A stretch of DNA of 64,000 nt, from assembly GCA_023249645.1 (NCBI GenBank), contig JAHFCF010000014.1:8734-72733 (forward strand). The letters run 5' to 3'. Positions 35,073 through 44,335 of the stretch are shown here, in pieces. The translations under genes were made by a program, and so were the position numbers. This stretch comes from Elusimicrobiota bacterium (lineage in GTDB: Bacteria; Elusimicrobiota; Elusimicrobia; UBA1565; UBA9628). Each line of letters starts with the position of its first letter. Positions within the stretch are counted from its first letter, which is position 1. The notes beneath the pieces are model-generated. The model saw nothing but the letters and a program-made list of their open reading frames with translations, was not told the origin of the DNA and made no database searches.

Positions 35073-36417
35073 GGGCACGCTGGGAGTCCTGCTGCCCGGC
35101 ATGGGCGCGGTCACGAGCACCTTCATCGCCGGCGTCGCCCTGGCCAAGAAGAACCAGGGACGTCTCATCGGATCGCTGACCCAGATGCAGACCATCCGTC
35201 TGGGCAAGCGCTACGAGCATCGCGCGCCCCTCATCAAGGATTTCGTCCCTCTGACCTCCATCGAGAACCTCGTCTTCGGCGGCTGGGATCTTTTCCCGGA
35301 CAATATGTACGAGGCGGCCATGAAGGCCGGGGTCCTGGAACCCAGGCACCTCGAGCCGATCCGCCGGGAATTAGAATCCATCGTCCCCATGACCGCGGTC
35401 TGGGACAAGACGTATCTCAAGAACCTCAAGGCCACCCATTTCAAGAAGGGCGCAACCAAGCGCAATCTGGCCCAGCAGATCATGGATGACATCGTGGCGT
35501 TCAAGCATCGCTCCGGCGTCGAGCGCCTCGTGATGCTCTGGTGCGGCTCCACCGAGATCCTGCCGCAGGATTCCCCGGTCCACAAGTCCCTCGCTGCTTT
35601 TGAAAAGGGCTTGGACTCCAACCATCCGGCCATCCCGCCGTCCATGATCTACACCTACGCGGCCTTGAAGATGGGCATCCCGTACGCCAACGGCGCGCCC
35701 AACCTCTCGGCGGACACTCCGGCCATGGTGGAACTCGCGGAGAAGACCGGCACGCCCATCATGGGCAAGGACTTCAAGACCGGACAGACCCTGATGAAGA
35801 CCACGATCTCGCCCATGCTCAAGGCGCGCATGCTCGCCCTGCGGGGCTGGTACTCGACCAACATCCTGGGCAACCGCGACGGCGAGGTGCTGGACGATCC
35901 GGGCTCGTTCAAGACCAAGGAAAAGAGCAAGATGTCGGTCCTCGACAGCATCCTCGAGCCCAAGCTCTATCCTCAGCTCTACGGCAAGTACCACCACAAG
36001 GTCCGCATCGACTACTACCCGCCGCGCGGCGACGCCAAGGAAGGCTGGGACAACATCGACATCGCGGGCTGGCTCGACATGCCCATGCAGATCAAGATCA
36101 ACTTCCTCTGCCGCGACTCGATCTTGGCCGCACCCATCGTGCTCGACCTAGTCCTCTTCATGGACCTGGCCAAGCGCGCGGGATTGAAAGGCATCCAGGA
36201 ATGGCTGTCTTTTTACTTCAAGTCCCCCCAATGCCGGGCCGACCTCGGCCCCGAGCACGACATCTTCATCCAGCACTTGAAGCTCAAGAACACCCTGCGT
36301 CTCTTGATGGGCGAGGAAGTCCTGGACCACTCGGGACTCGACTATTACGACCAGGCCAAGGGACTGCCCGCGCCGGCTGCGGCGGCCAAGCCATTGGCCA
36401 AAGGCAAGTCCCGATAG
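35038..36417 (+). CDS. ino1: myo-Inositol-1(3)-phosphate synthase
   Basis: It has LLPGMGAVTSTFIAG (the NAD site), YANGAPNLS and WYSTNILGNRDGEVL. The GTG start at 35038 is preceded by GGGAGG (35025-35030) and overlaps the upstream gene by 35 nt. Confidence 0.9.
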   Translation: MNKNSNRIAPAKGTLGVLLPGMGAVTSTFIAGVALAKKNQGRLIGSLTQMQTIRLGKRYEHRAPLIKDFVPLTSIENLVFGGWDLFPDNMYEAAMKAGVLEPRHLEPIRRELESIVPMTAVWDKTYLKNLKATHFKKGATKRNLAQQIMDDIVAFKHRSGVERLVMLWCGSTEILPQDSPVHKSLAAFEKGLDSNHPAIPPSMIYTYAALKMGIPYANGAPNLSADTPAMVELAEKTGTPIMGKDFKTGQTLMKTTISPMLKARMLALRGWYSTNILGNRDGEVLDDPGSFKTKEKSKMSVLDSILEPKLYPQLYGKYHHKVRIDYYPPRGDAKEGWDNIDIAGWLDMPMQIKINFLCRDSILAAPIVLDLVLFMDLAKRAGLKGIQEWLSFYFKSPQCRADLGPEHDIFIQHLKLKNTLRLLMGEEVLDHSGLDYYDQAKGLPAPAAAAKPLAKGKSR

Positions 36418-36433
36418 CCCATAGAAGGGACCC

Positions 36434-36462
36434 TTGACAAAAACACATACCTGACTTACACT
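36434..36462 (+). promoter_or_regulatory. Candidate sigma70-type promoter of vapBC
   Basis: It has a -35 TTGACA (36434-36439), a 17-nt spacer and a -10 TACACT (36457-36462), 33 nt upstream of the vapB ATG. Confidence 0.4.
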
Positions 36463-36494
36463 ATATTAATCGATAGCTAAATAGTAAGAACCTG

Positions 36495-36704
36495 ATGACC
36501 AAGATAACCGTTTCCACCAAATACCAGGTCGTGATCCCCAAAGAGATCCGCGGCCAAGCGCGCGTGCGTAAGGGCGAGAAATTCATCGCCCTGGTCAAAG
36601 ACGGCGTCATCTCCCTTGTCGCCGAACGCCCCCTGAAGTATCTGCAGGGCTCTTTCAAGGGGATGAAAGCCACCGCCCTGCGCGACAAGCACGACCGCAC
36701 ATGA
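36495..36704 (+). CDS. vapB: AbrB/SpoVT-fold antitoxin (VapB type)
   Basis: The 69-aa protein has KITVSTKYQVVIPKEIR (the swapped-hairpin motif). A 4-nt overlap joins it to the PIN gene. Confidence 0.75.
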   Translation: MTKITVSTKYQVVIPKEIRGQARVRKGEKFIALVKDGVISLVAERPLKYLQGSFKGMKATALRDKHDRT

Positions 36705-37066
36705 TCCTGCTGGATTCTTCCGCTTGGATCGAATTTCTGACCGACGGCCCCGCGGCTCCGCGTATCGCCAAGGAAATGAGCTCCCCTTCACAGATACTCA
36801 CCCCCACTCTGGTTCTTTACGAAGTCTATAAGAAACTCAAGCGCGAACGCGGAGAAGAAGCCGCGTTAAGCGCCGTGGCCCAGCTCAACCAGACCCGCAT
36901 CGTCCCGCTGGATGATTCCCTGGCTCTAGGCGCGGCCGACATCAGCCTTGCCTTCGCTTTGCCCATGGCAGATTCCATCATCGCGGCCACGGCCAAAGTC
37001 CACGAAGCCAAGATACTCACTCTGGACAACGACTTCCGGAAGATTCCCTGGGCCGAAGTTCTCTAA
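36701..37066 (+). CDS. vapC: PIN-domain ribonuclease toxin
   Basis: It has MILLDSSAWIEF (the first acidic residue), ...E..., and MADSIIAATA...LTLDNDF (the distal Asp residues). Confidence 0.8.
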   Translation: MILLDSSAWIEFLTDGPAAPRIAKEMSSPSQILTPTLVLYEVYKKLKRERGEEAALSAVAQLNQTRIVPLDDSLALGAADISLAFALPMADSIIAATAKVHEAKILTLDNDFRKIPWAEVL

Positions 37067-37105
37067 GCATTCGATTTTGTATACTCCTCAAAGCACAAAA
37101 AATTT

Positions 37106-37429
37106 ATGGTAGAGCAAGCTCAAATAAAAACTTTCTGCGCCGCGGTGGCGCATCAATTCCATCCGCGTAAAATCATCCTTTTCGGTTCGTATGCTTATGG
37201 AAAGCCCACCAAGGATTCCGACGTAGACCTGCTGGTGATCATGGACCGGACACGGTATCACGGCGAACGGATATCCCTTCGGATAAGACAGGCCGTTCCA
37301 GCGGGATTCCCTCTTGATCTGCTTGTGCGGACGCCCAAATTCATTGCTCAGCGGATGGCTTGGGACGATTCTTTTACGCGGGAAATCATGGCCCGAGGCA
37401 AGGTGCTGTATGAAACCTCTCACGCGTGA
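37106..37429 (+). CDS. Minimal nucleotidyltransferase (MNT), partner of the HEPN protein
   Basis: It has the pol-beta-type motif LFGSYAYGKPTKDSDVDLLV. Confidence 0.75.
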   Translation: MVEQAQIKTFCAAVAHQFHPRKIILFGSYAYGKPTKDSDVDLLVIMDRTRYHGERISLRIRQAVPAGFPLDLLVRTPKFIAQRMAWDDSFTREIMARGKVLYETSHA

Positions 37430-37793
37430 ATGGCTGGAGAAGGCCGAAGGGGATTTCCTGGTCGCCAGCCAAATCATGCGGAGCAGTCGGCGCGTTCATG
37501 ACGCCGCGTGTTTCCACTGCCAACAGACGATAGAGAAGTATTTTAAAGCCCGGCTCTGCCAGGCGGGCGTGGCCTTCCCAAAAACCCACGATTTGGTTGT
37601 CTTGCTGCACCTGGTGCTGCCTGCCGAACCACTGTGGAAGTCCTATGAGCCGGCGGCCAAACGATTGACGGAATATGCAGTGAGCTTCCGCTATCCCGGT
37701 GATAAAGCCACCCAAGCCGAAGCCAAACTGGCCTTGAAATACTGCCGCTCGTTGCGGGGCGAAGTGCGACGTAGTCTGGGAATGAAAGTCTGA
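37410..37793 (+). CDS. HEPN-domain protein
   Basis: Starting from MKPLTREWLEKAEGDF it is all-helical, with HCQQTIEKYFKA and YAVSFRYPG. It overlaps the MNT gene by 20 nt. Confidence 0.7.
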   Translation: MKPLTREWLEKAEGDFLVASQIMRSSRRVHDAACFHCQQTIEKYFKARLCQAGVAFPKTHDLVVLLHLVLPAEPLWKSYEPAAKRLTEYAVSFRYPGDKATQAEAKLALKYCRSLRGEVRRSLGMKV

Positions 37794-37872
37794 TTTATTT
37801 AGAAGCTTAAATTCTTTCACTTATAATAAATTTCGAGAGTTATTTTTCCTCTAAGCATCCGATTTAGTATAA

Positions 37873-40332
37873 TTGCCTGTCGTGACTCGAATCTTCATGA
37901 GCACGCTCCTGGCCGCGGTCCTGGGTTCTCCCGCATTCGCCGAAACCCCCGCGCCCGCATCGACCGGAACCATCCCCTCCGGCCCGCCGGCCATTTCCAC
38001 GACCACACTGCCTGCCCCTGTCATTTCCACGGCCGCCGCACCGGCCTCGGCGGCCCCGGTCCCCCGGCCCTGGGTCCTGGGCGACATCGCCGTGTCCGGC
38101 AGCCAGAACGTGAAGCCCCGCGTCGTCATTGCCCAGACCAAGGCGCGCAAGGGCGACCTCTACGATCGGCCCGACCTCGACCGCGACGTCCAGAGCATCC
38201 TCGGCCTGGGAAATTTCGAGCGCGTGGCCGCGGACATCAGCGTCATGGACAAGCCGGTCCCGGCCCAGTGGCGCAAGGTCGCGGGGGCCGACAAGATGGT
38301 GCGCCTGACCTTCCTCGTCAAGGAAAAGCCCATCGTCAAGAAGATCAAGTTCTCCGGCAACAAGAAGCTCTCGAAAGGCGCGCTGGAAGACGTCCTGACG
38401 CTCAAGGCCAAGGATCCCGTCGACGAGATCAAGCTGCGCGACGACCAGGAAAAACTCCTGACCAAATACCATGAGAAGGGCTTTCTGGACGCCTCGGTTC
38501 TTTATGCGCTGGAAAAGGACACCGCCACCCTGCAGACCACCGTCCAATGGACCATCACGGAAGGCGCCAAGTCCCACATCGAGCGCGTGACGATCGCCGG
38601 GACCACGGTCCTGAAGCCCAAGGCCCTGGCCAAGCTCATGAAGAACCGCGCCAAGGGATGGTTCCGCGCGGGCGTCTACTCGGCCAAGGACCTGCCGGCG
38701 GACGTCAAGACCATCGAGGATCATTACACGAGCCGCGGATTTCTGGACGTCTCCGTCACCACTCCCGCGGTCAGCGTGAGCACGGATAAGACCCAGATCT
38801 TCATCGACATGAGCGTCAGCGAGGGCCGCTCGTACAAATTCGGAGACACCTCCTTTGCCGGGAACACCGTCCTCGTCTCCACGGCGCTGGCCAAGGCACT
38901 GGAGTACCGCCGCGGCCTCATCTTCAACCAGCAGAAATTCGACGAGTCCATCCGATCCATCCAGGAGCTCTACGCGGACCAGGGCCGCCTGCGCGCCCGC
39001 GTGGCGCCGAGCAAGAACTTCAACGCAAAGACCGACCTCATGGACGTCGCCCTGACCATCACCGAAGGTGACATCGTCACCATCGAGCACGTGGACGTCG
39101 AGGGCAACAAGGCCACCAAGACCCACGTCCTGCGCCGGGAGGTGACGGTCAAGCCCGGGCAGGTCTTCTCGCTCTCGCGCCTGCGCAAGAGCCGCGAGCG
39201 CATCATGAACCTGGGCTTTATCGACGACGTGGACGTGGACATCCAGCCCACGCCGGACCCGGACAAAGTCGACATAGGCTTCGACGTGACCGAGGGCAAG
39301 CCCGGCGTCATGAGCGCCGGCGCGGCCTATTCCTCCATCGACGGCCTTATCGGCACCCTCTCTCTGCAGCACATGAACCTTTTCGGCCGCGCCCAGCGGG
39401 CGTCTTTGCAGTGGTCCTTCGGCAAGAGGGTCCAGGACTACTCGGCCAGCTGGACGACGCCCTGGCTGGGCGACTCTCCGACCAGCTTCGGCCTCGACGC
39501 CTTCAACACGCGCCGGATCAGCCCCTACGCATCGAGCCTCAACGCCTACACCCAGAAGCGCACGGGGGCCACCGTCCGCCTCGGGCCGCGCTTCGAGGAA
39601 GACAAGTACCACCTCAACCTCGCCTACACCATCTCGCAGATGTCGGTCCAGAACGTCCAGAACGAGTTCCTGGGCACCCTGTCTCCGGGCACGAGCCTCT
39701 ACTCCTCGTTCTCCGCCGAATTCGCCCGCGACACGCGCGACAACATCTACGACCCCACCCACGGCACCCGCCACGCGATCGGCGCCTCGCTGACGGGAGG
39801 CCCGCTGATGGGCCAGATCAATTTCTTCAAGCCTTCCATCTCGAACGCGGCTTATTTCACGCCGACCACCATCGGCGACGAGGATTGGCCCGTCGTACTC
39901 GGCTTCGCCAACCGCGCCGCCTACGTCACGCCGTTCGGCGCCACCAAGGAGGTGCCGGTCTTCGAGCGCTTCTTCGTAGGCGGCCAAGACACCCTGCGCG
40001 GATACAATCCCACGGGAGAGGCGGGCTACCCCCAAGGAGGCAAGGTCTACGACATCGCCAACATCGAACTCGGAGTGCCTTTGGCGCGGGAACACAAGAA
40101 AAGCATCGTCAAATTCGTGACCTTCTTCGACATCGGCTCGTCCTGGGACCGCACCAAGGACGTCAGTCTGCGCGTCGGCACCGGCGTGCGCGATCTCAAA
40201 ACCGACGCGGGTTTCGGCATCCGCTTCGTCACCCCCGCCTTCCCCATACGCCTGGACTGGGGCTATGGGTTCAACCACCGCCCGGGTGAGAAGCTCTATC
40301 AAATCAACTTCGGAATGGGGAACCTCTTCTAA
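37873..40332 (+). CDS. bamA: Outer-membrane protein assembly factor BamA (POTRA repeats + Omp85 barrel)
   Basis: It has repeated POTRA-like units (I..I.V.G......V), GRSYKFGDTSFAGN, and barrel-end motifs RGY...GE, GGK and DWGYGF. The start is uncertain (TTG 37873, GTG 37882 or ATG 37897). Confidence 0.9.
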   Translation: MPVVTRIFMSTLLAAVLGSPAFAETPAPASTGTIPSGPPAISTTTLPAPVISTAAAPASAAPVPRPWVLGDIAVSGSQNVKPRVVIAQTKARKGDLYDRPDLDRDVQSILGLGNFERVAADISVMDKPVPAQWRKVAGADKMVRLTFLVKEKPIVKKIKFSGNKKLSKGALEDVLTLKAKDPVDEIKLRDDQEKLLTKYHEKGFLDASVLYALEKDTATLQTTVQWTITEGAKSHIERVTIAGTTVLKPKALAKLMKNRAKGWFRAGVYSAKDLPADVKTIEDHYTSRGFLDVSVTTPAVSVSTDKTQIFIDMSVSEGRSYKFGDTSFAGNTVLVSTALAKALEYRRGLIFNQQKFDESIRSIQELYADQGRLRARVAPSKNFNAKTDLMDVALTITEGDIVTIEHVDVEGNKATKTHVLRREVTVKPGQVFSLSRLRKSRERIMNLGFIDDVDVDIQPTPDPDKVDIGFDVTEGKPGVMSAGAAYSSIDGLIGTLSLQHMNLFGRAQRASLQWSFGKRVQDYSASWTTPWLGDSPTSFGLDAFNTRRISPYASSLNAYTQKRTGATVRLGPRFEEDKYHLNLAYTISQMSVQNVQNEFLGTLSPGTSLYSSFSAEFARDTRDNIYDPTHGTRHAIGASLTGGPLMGQINFFKPSISNAAYFTPTTIGDEDWPVVLGFANRAAYVTPFGATKEVPVFERFFVGGQDTLRGYNPTGEAGYPQGGKVYDIANIELGVPLAREHKKSIVKFVTFFDIGSSWDRTKDVSLRVGTGVRDLKTDAGFGIRFVTPAFPIRLDWGYGFNHRPGEKLYQINFGMGNLF

Positions 40333-41129
40333 TGACAACCATCCTATGCGCCATCGCCGTGTTCCTGACCGCCGTGCCTGGACGGGCCATCGAGCTGGCC
40401 CTGGAGGAGAACCGCGCCGAGCGAGGCAGCATCGGATTCGTGGACATGCAGCGCGTCTTCAAACTCTTCCCAGAGACCACCAAGGCCAAGGAAAGCTTCG
40501 AGGAGGCCGTGCGCCAAGCCGAGGAGGAGATCAACCTGCGCAAGGCCAAGATCCTGCGGCTGCGCGCCGAAATCGACGAGCTCAAGGTGGCGCGCGCGGC
40601 GCTGCCGGCGGGGGCAGCGCCCGCCGCTGCCGCGCCCAAAGCTCCCGCGCCGGCGGCGCCCCCCAAAACCGTCGTCCCTCACCTGCCGGGCTTCGAATCC
40701 CCCCTCTCCACAGGGACCGTGGTATCGACCGACACCGTGAACCTCGCGCCCGGCATCCACATCTCCAGCTCCATCCTCAACGCCCCCGCCGTCTCGGCCC
40801 CGGCCGCCCCCGAGATCCACGTCTCCAGCGCCGCTCCGGCTCCCGCGCTCTCCCCCGCCCAGGAACTCGACGAAAAGATCGCGCAGAAATCCCAAGAACT
40901 CGCCCAGACTCAATCCGAGGCTAAGGACCAGCAGGCCGCCGTGGAAGTCAATCTCCTCGACCTGGAAAGCCGCAAATCCGAACTGCTCCTCGGCAAGATC
41001 TACCGCGCCGTGCAGGAGGTCGCCCGACGCGAGGGGGTCGGCGTGGTCGTGGATAAAAGCGCCATCCTCTACGGCCACAATGCCGTGGACCTGACGGAAA
41101 AAGTCCTCAAATATCTGAAGGAAAGTTGA
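40332..41129 (+). CDS. skp: Skp/OmpH-like periplasmic chaperone with a Pro/Ala-rich insertion
   Basis: It sits between bamA and lpxD and has coiled-coil arms ([30 protein letters not shown]; [26 protein letters not shown]). The C-terminus is [13 protein letters not shown]. Confidence 0.65.
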   Translation: MTTILCAIAVFLTAVPGRAIELALEENRAERGSIGFVDMQRVFKLFPETTKAKESFEEAVRQAEEEINLRKAKILRLRAEIDELKVARAALPAGAAPAAAAPKAPAPAAPPKTVVPHLPGFESPLSTGTVVSTDTVNLAPGIHISSSILNAPAVSAPAAPEIHVSSAAPAPALSPAQELDEKIAQKSQELAQTQSEAKDQQAAVEVNLLDLESRKSELLLGKIYRAVQEVARREGVGVVVDKSAILYGHNAVDLTEKVLKYLKES

Positions 41130-41137
41130 GAGCGCCC

Positions 41138-42184
41138 ATGCCCCTGCCTCCATTGAACATGACCGTCGCCCAGATCGCCCAGCTCGTCAATGGCCAGAGC
41201 GAGGGCGAGGAGAAGCTCCTCATCGCCGGAGTCTCCGGACTGGCTGCGGCCGGTCCCGAGGATGTCTCGTTTTTGGGGAACATGAAATATCAGGCGGCCG
41301 CCTCCTCGACGAAGGCCGGCTGCGTGATCCTGCCCGCCGCGGCCCGACAGCTCCCCTGTCCAGCCAAAGCGCGCATCTTCGTGGAGGACCCGCAATACGC
41401 TTTCTCACTCATCCTGGGCGTCCTGGAAAGCCAGAAGCCGAAGATCACGCCGGCCCTCGATCCAGCGGCCCGCATCCACTACCAGGCCAAACTCGGCGCC
41501 AACGTCTCGGTGGGCCCTTTCGCCGTGATCGAGCGCGGGGCTCTCATCGGGGAGGGAAGCGTCATCGGCGCCCAGTGCTTCATCGGGGAGAACGTCCGCA
41601 TCGGCCGCCACTGCCTCATCTATCCCCAGGTCGTCATCCGGGAGGACTGCGTCGTGGGAGACCGCGGCATCCTCCATGCCGGGGTCGTCATCGGCGCCGA
41701 CGGCTATGGTTACTCCACCGACCGCCGCACGGGCGTGCACCGCAAGATCCCGCAGCTCGGCAACGTGGTCATCGAGGAGGATGTGGAGATCGGTGCCAAC
41801 ACGACGATCGACCGCGCCGCGATCGACTCCACCGTCATCGGGGCCGGCACCAAGATCGACAACCTCGTCCAGGTCGGCCACAACTGCCGCATCGGCAAGG
41901 GCTGCCTCATCGTGGCCCAGGTGGCGCTCGCCGGCTCCACCACCCTGGGAAACCATGTGGTCCTCGGCGGGCAGGTAGCCATCGCGGGGCATCTCCATAT
42001 CGGAGACGGCGTCCAGGTCGCCGGGCAGAGCGGCGTCATGTCGGACGTGGAAAAGGGCCAGATCCTCTTCGGCTCGCCGGCCAGGCCTCACCGGGAGGCT
42101 TTGAAGCTGCAAGCCATCTACGGGAAACTCCCTGAGATCTACGCCGCCTTCAAAGAGATGCGCAAGGAAAAATCGGGGTCTTGA
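41138..42184 (+). CDS. lpxD: UDP-3-O-acylglucosamine N-acyltransferase
   Basis: It has the N-terminal uridine-binding domain ([12 protein letters not shown]..), long left-handed beta-helix hexapeptide repeats and a C-terminal helix. The start is ambiguous (41126, 41138 or 41159). Confidence 0.85.
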   Translation: MPLPPLNMTVAQIAQLVNGQSEGEEKLLIAGVSGLAAAGPEDVSFLGNMKYQAAASSTKAGCVILPAAARQLPCPAKARIFVEDPQYAFSLILGVLESQKPKITPALDPAARIHYQAKLGANVSVGPFAVIERGALIGEGSVIGAQCFIGENVRIGRHCLIYPQVVIREDCVVGDRGILHAGVVIGADGYGYSTDRRTGVHRKIPQLGNVVIEEDVEIGANTTIDRAAIDSTVIGAGTKIDNLVQVGHNCRIGKGCLIVAQVALAGSTTLGNHVVLGGQVAIAGHLHIGDGVQVAGQSGVMSDVEKGQILFGSPARPHREALKLQAIYGKLPEIYAAFKEMRKEKSGS

Positions 42185-42185
42185 G

Positions 42186-43058
42186 ATGATTCCACAGACG
42201 ACGCTCAAAAAAGAAGTGGTTTTGACGGGGGTGGGGCTCCATACGGGCAACGCCTCGGAGATCATCTTCCGGCCGGCGCCGGCCAACGCCGGGCTGCGCT
42301 TCGTGCGGACCGATCTGCCGGGAGCCCCCAGCGTGCCGGCGCGCCTGGAGTTTGTGGTCACCACCGTGCGCGGGACCAACCTGGCCCGGGGCGAGGCCAA
42401 GGTCCACACTGTCGAGCATGTGCTTTCGGCCTGCACGGGCATCGGGCTGGACAATGCTGACATCTGGGTCTCGGCCAATGAGCCTCCCATCCTCGACGGC
42501 TCCGCTCTTCCGTTCGCCCAAGCCCTGCTCGCGGCTGGCTTGAAGCCCCTCGCCGCGACCAAGCGCTGGCAGCGAATTCCCGAAGAGTTGACTTATTCAG
42601 ACGGACCCGCTCGCTATCGCGCCGTGCCGGCCGACGCTTTTGAGATATCCGCCACCCTCGTCCATAAGCATCCCCTCATGCCGCGCATGTCTTTGACCGT
42701 GAAGATCGACCAGGAGACCTATCTCTCACAGCTCGCTGCGGCCAGGACCTTCTGCTTCGAGCATGAGGTGGCCTACCTGCGCTCCCAGGGCCTGGCGCAG
42801 GGCGGCTCACTGGAAAATGCCATCGTCATCGGCAAGGACCAGTTCCACACCTGCGCCGGGGGCCTGCGCTTCCCCGATGAGTTCGTCCGCCACAAGATCA
42901 TGGATCTCATCGGGGATCTGACCCTGACGGGACGCCCTCTGTTCAAGATCCGCATCGAGGCCGAATGCCTCGGCCACGCGCACAATGTCGAATTCGCCAA
43001 ACGCCTGAACGCCGCCGCAGCAAGCTTGCGCGGCAAAACCGCATCCTCGGAGGCTTAA
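42186..43058 (+). CDS. lpxC: UDP-3-O-acyl-N-acetylglucosamine deacetylase
   Basis: It has GVGLHTG, TVEHVLSA, FCFEHEV and HKIMDLIGDL, and GHAHN. Confidence 0.9.
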   Translation: MIPQTTLKKEVVLTGVGLHTGNASEIIFRPAPANAGLRFVRTDLPGAPSVPARLEFVVTTVRGTNLARGEAKVHTVEHVLSACTGIGLDNADIWVSANEPPILDGSALPFAQALLAAGLKPLAATKRWQRIPEELTYSDGPARYRAVPADAFEISATLVHKHPLMPRMSLTVKIDQETYLSQLAAARTFCFEHEVAYLRSQGLAQGGSLENAIVIGKDQFHTCAGGLRFPDEFVRHKIMDLIGDLTLTGRPLFKIRIEAECLGHAHNVEFAKRLNAAAASLRGKTASSEA

Positions 43059-43529
43059 ATGTCAGAACCGACCTCTGCAGCCAACGCGCCCGTACGGACC
43101 CTGGATCTGGCGGCCATCAAGGCCGCGATCCCGCACAGATACCCATTCCTACTCATCGACAAGGTTGAGGTCTTGGAGGAGGACAAGAAGGCCATTGGGA
43201 CCAAGTGCGTGACCGCCAACGAGCCCTTCTTCACCGGCCATTTCCCAGAGCACCCGGTCATGCCGGGAGTGCTCATCGTGGAGGCCATGGCCCAGACCGC
43301 GGCCGCCATGATGCTTTCCAAACCCGAGAACAAAGGAAAGCTCGGCTACCTCATGGGTGTGGACGGCGCGAAGTTCCGCAAGCCGGTTTTCCCGGGCAGC
43401 GTGCTCAAGTTCCATGTCGAACCCCTGCGCTTGGGCCGCATCGCCAAGTTCCGCGTCGAAGCCTTCGTGGACGGCGTGCTCGCGGCCGAGGCCGAGATCA
43501 TGAGCGCTCTCGTCGATCCGGAGAAATAA
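43059..43529 (+). CDS. fabZ: 3-hydroxyacyl-ACP dehydratase
   Basis: It has IPHRYPFLLIDKV, FFTGHFPEHPVMPGVLIVEAMAQ. Confidence 0.9.
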   Translation: MSEPTSAANAPVRTLDLAAIKAAIPHRYPFLLIDKVEVLEEDKKAIGTKCVTANEPFFTGHFPEHPVMPGVLIVEAMAQTAAAMMLSKPENKGKLGYLMGVDGAKFRKPVFPGSVLKFHVEPLRLGRIAKFRVEAFVDGVLAAEAEIMSALVDPEK

Positions 43530-43531
43530 CC

Positions 43532-44335
43532 ATGGCCATCCACTCCACGGCTGTCATCCATCCCTCAGCACGACTGGATCCATCTGTTGATGTGGGTCCC
43601 TGTGCAGTCATCGGCCAAGACACCGTCATCGGCCCGGGCTGCCGCATCGGACCCCACTGCGTGATCGAGTATGCCACCCTCGGACGCGACAACAAGCTGG
43701 TGGCCTCCTGCTTCGTGGGCACGCCCCCTCAGGACCTCAAATACAAAGGAGAACCCACCCGCCTGGTCATGGGAGACAACAACACGGTGCGCGAAGCCGT
43801 GACCTTGAACCGCGGCACCACGGCCACGGGTGAGACGCGCATCGGTTCAGGCTGCCTCTTCATGACCCAGTCGCACGTGGCGCATGACTGCCGCGTGGGC
43901 AACGGCGTCATCCTCGCCAATTCCACGGCCCTGGCCGGGCATGTGGAGGTCGGCGATTATGCCATCATCTCGGGCCTGGTGGGAGTCCACCAGTTCGCCC
44001 GCATCGGCCGTCTCTCCATGACCGGCGGCGGCTCCATGGTCGGCAAGGACATCATCCCCTTCGGCATGGTCCAGGGAGACCGCGCCACCCTGCGGGGATT
44101 GAACTTCCTAGGCCTGCGCCGCGCGGGCTTCAAACCTCCTACTGTCCGTGCCCTGCGCGAGGCCTATGCCGAACTCTTCTTACGGGGATTGCGTCTGGAG
44201 GAAGCCGTCGCCAAGCTTTCTGCCGCCAATCCCCTGCCGGAGGTCCGTGAGATCCTCGACTTCATCACCTCAGCCAAGCGAGGCATCACCAGACCGGCCG
44301 GCGACTCATCTGAAAAAGAGGAGGTTGAAGCCTGA
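43532..44335 (+). CDS. lpxA: UDP-N-acetylglucosamine O-acyltransferase
   Basis: Starting from MAIHSTAVIHPSARL it has hexapeptide repeats, HVAHDCRVGN and a C-terminal helical domain. The track ORF start 43205 lies inside fabZ. Confidence 0.9.
   Translation: MAIHSTAVIHPSARLDPSVDVGPCAVIGQDTVIGPGCRIGPHCVIEYATLGRDNKLVASCFVGTPPQDLKYKGEPTRLVMGDNNTVREAVTLNRGTTATGETRIGSGCLFMTQSHVAHDCRVGNGVILANSTALAGHVEVGDYAIISGLVGVHQFARIGRLSMTGGGSMVGKDIIPFGMVQGDRATLRGLNFLGLRRAGFKPPTVRALREAYAELFLRGLRLEEAVAKLSAANPLPEVREILDFITSAKRGITRPAGDSSEKEEVEA

Noticed and set aside
29312-36417. Inferring hyperthermophily from the DIP-like enzyme set.
   Set aside because: Nothing in the sequence supports a growth-temperature claim, and the extra enzymes argue that the product is not plain DIP.
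37864-40338. An 824-aa ORF on the minus strand, exactly antisense to bamA.
   Set aside because: It is a mirror-frame artefact typical of high-GC DNA. The translation is Gly/Arg/Asp/Val/Ala-rich with no domain signature, whereas the plus-strand frame has unmistakable POTRA and Omp85 motifs.
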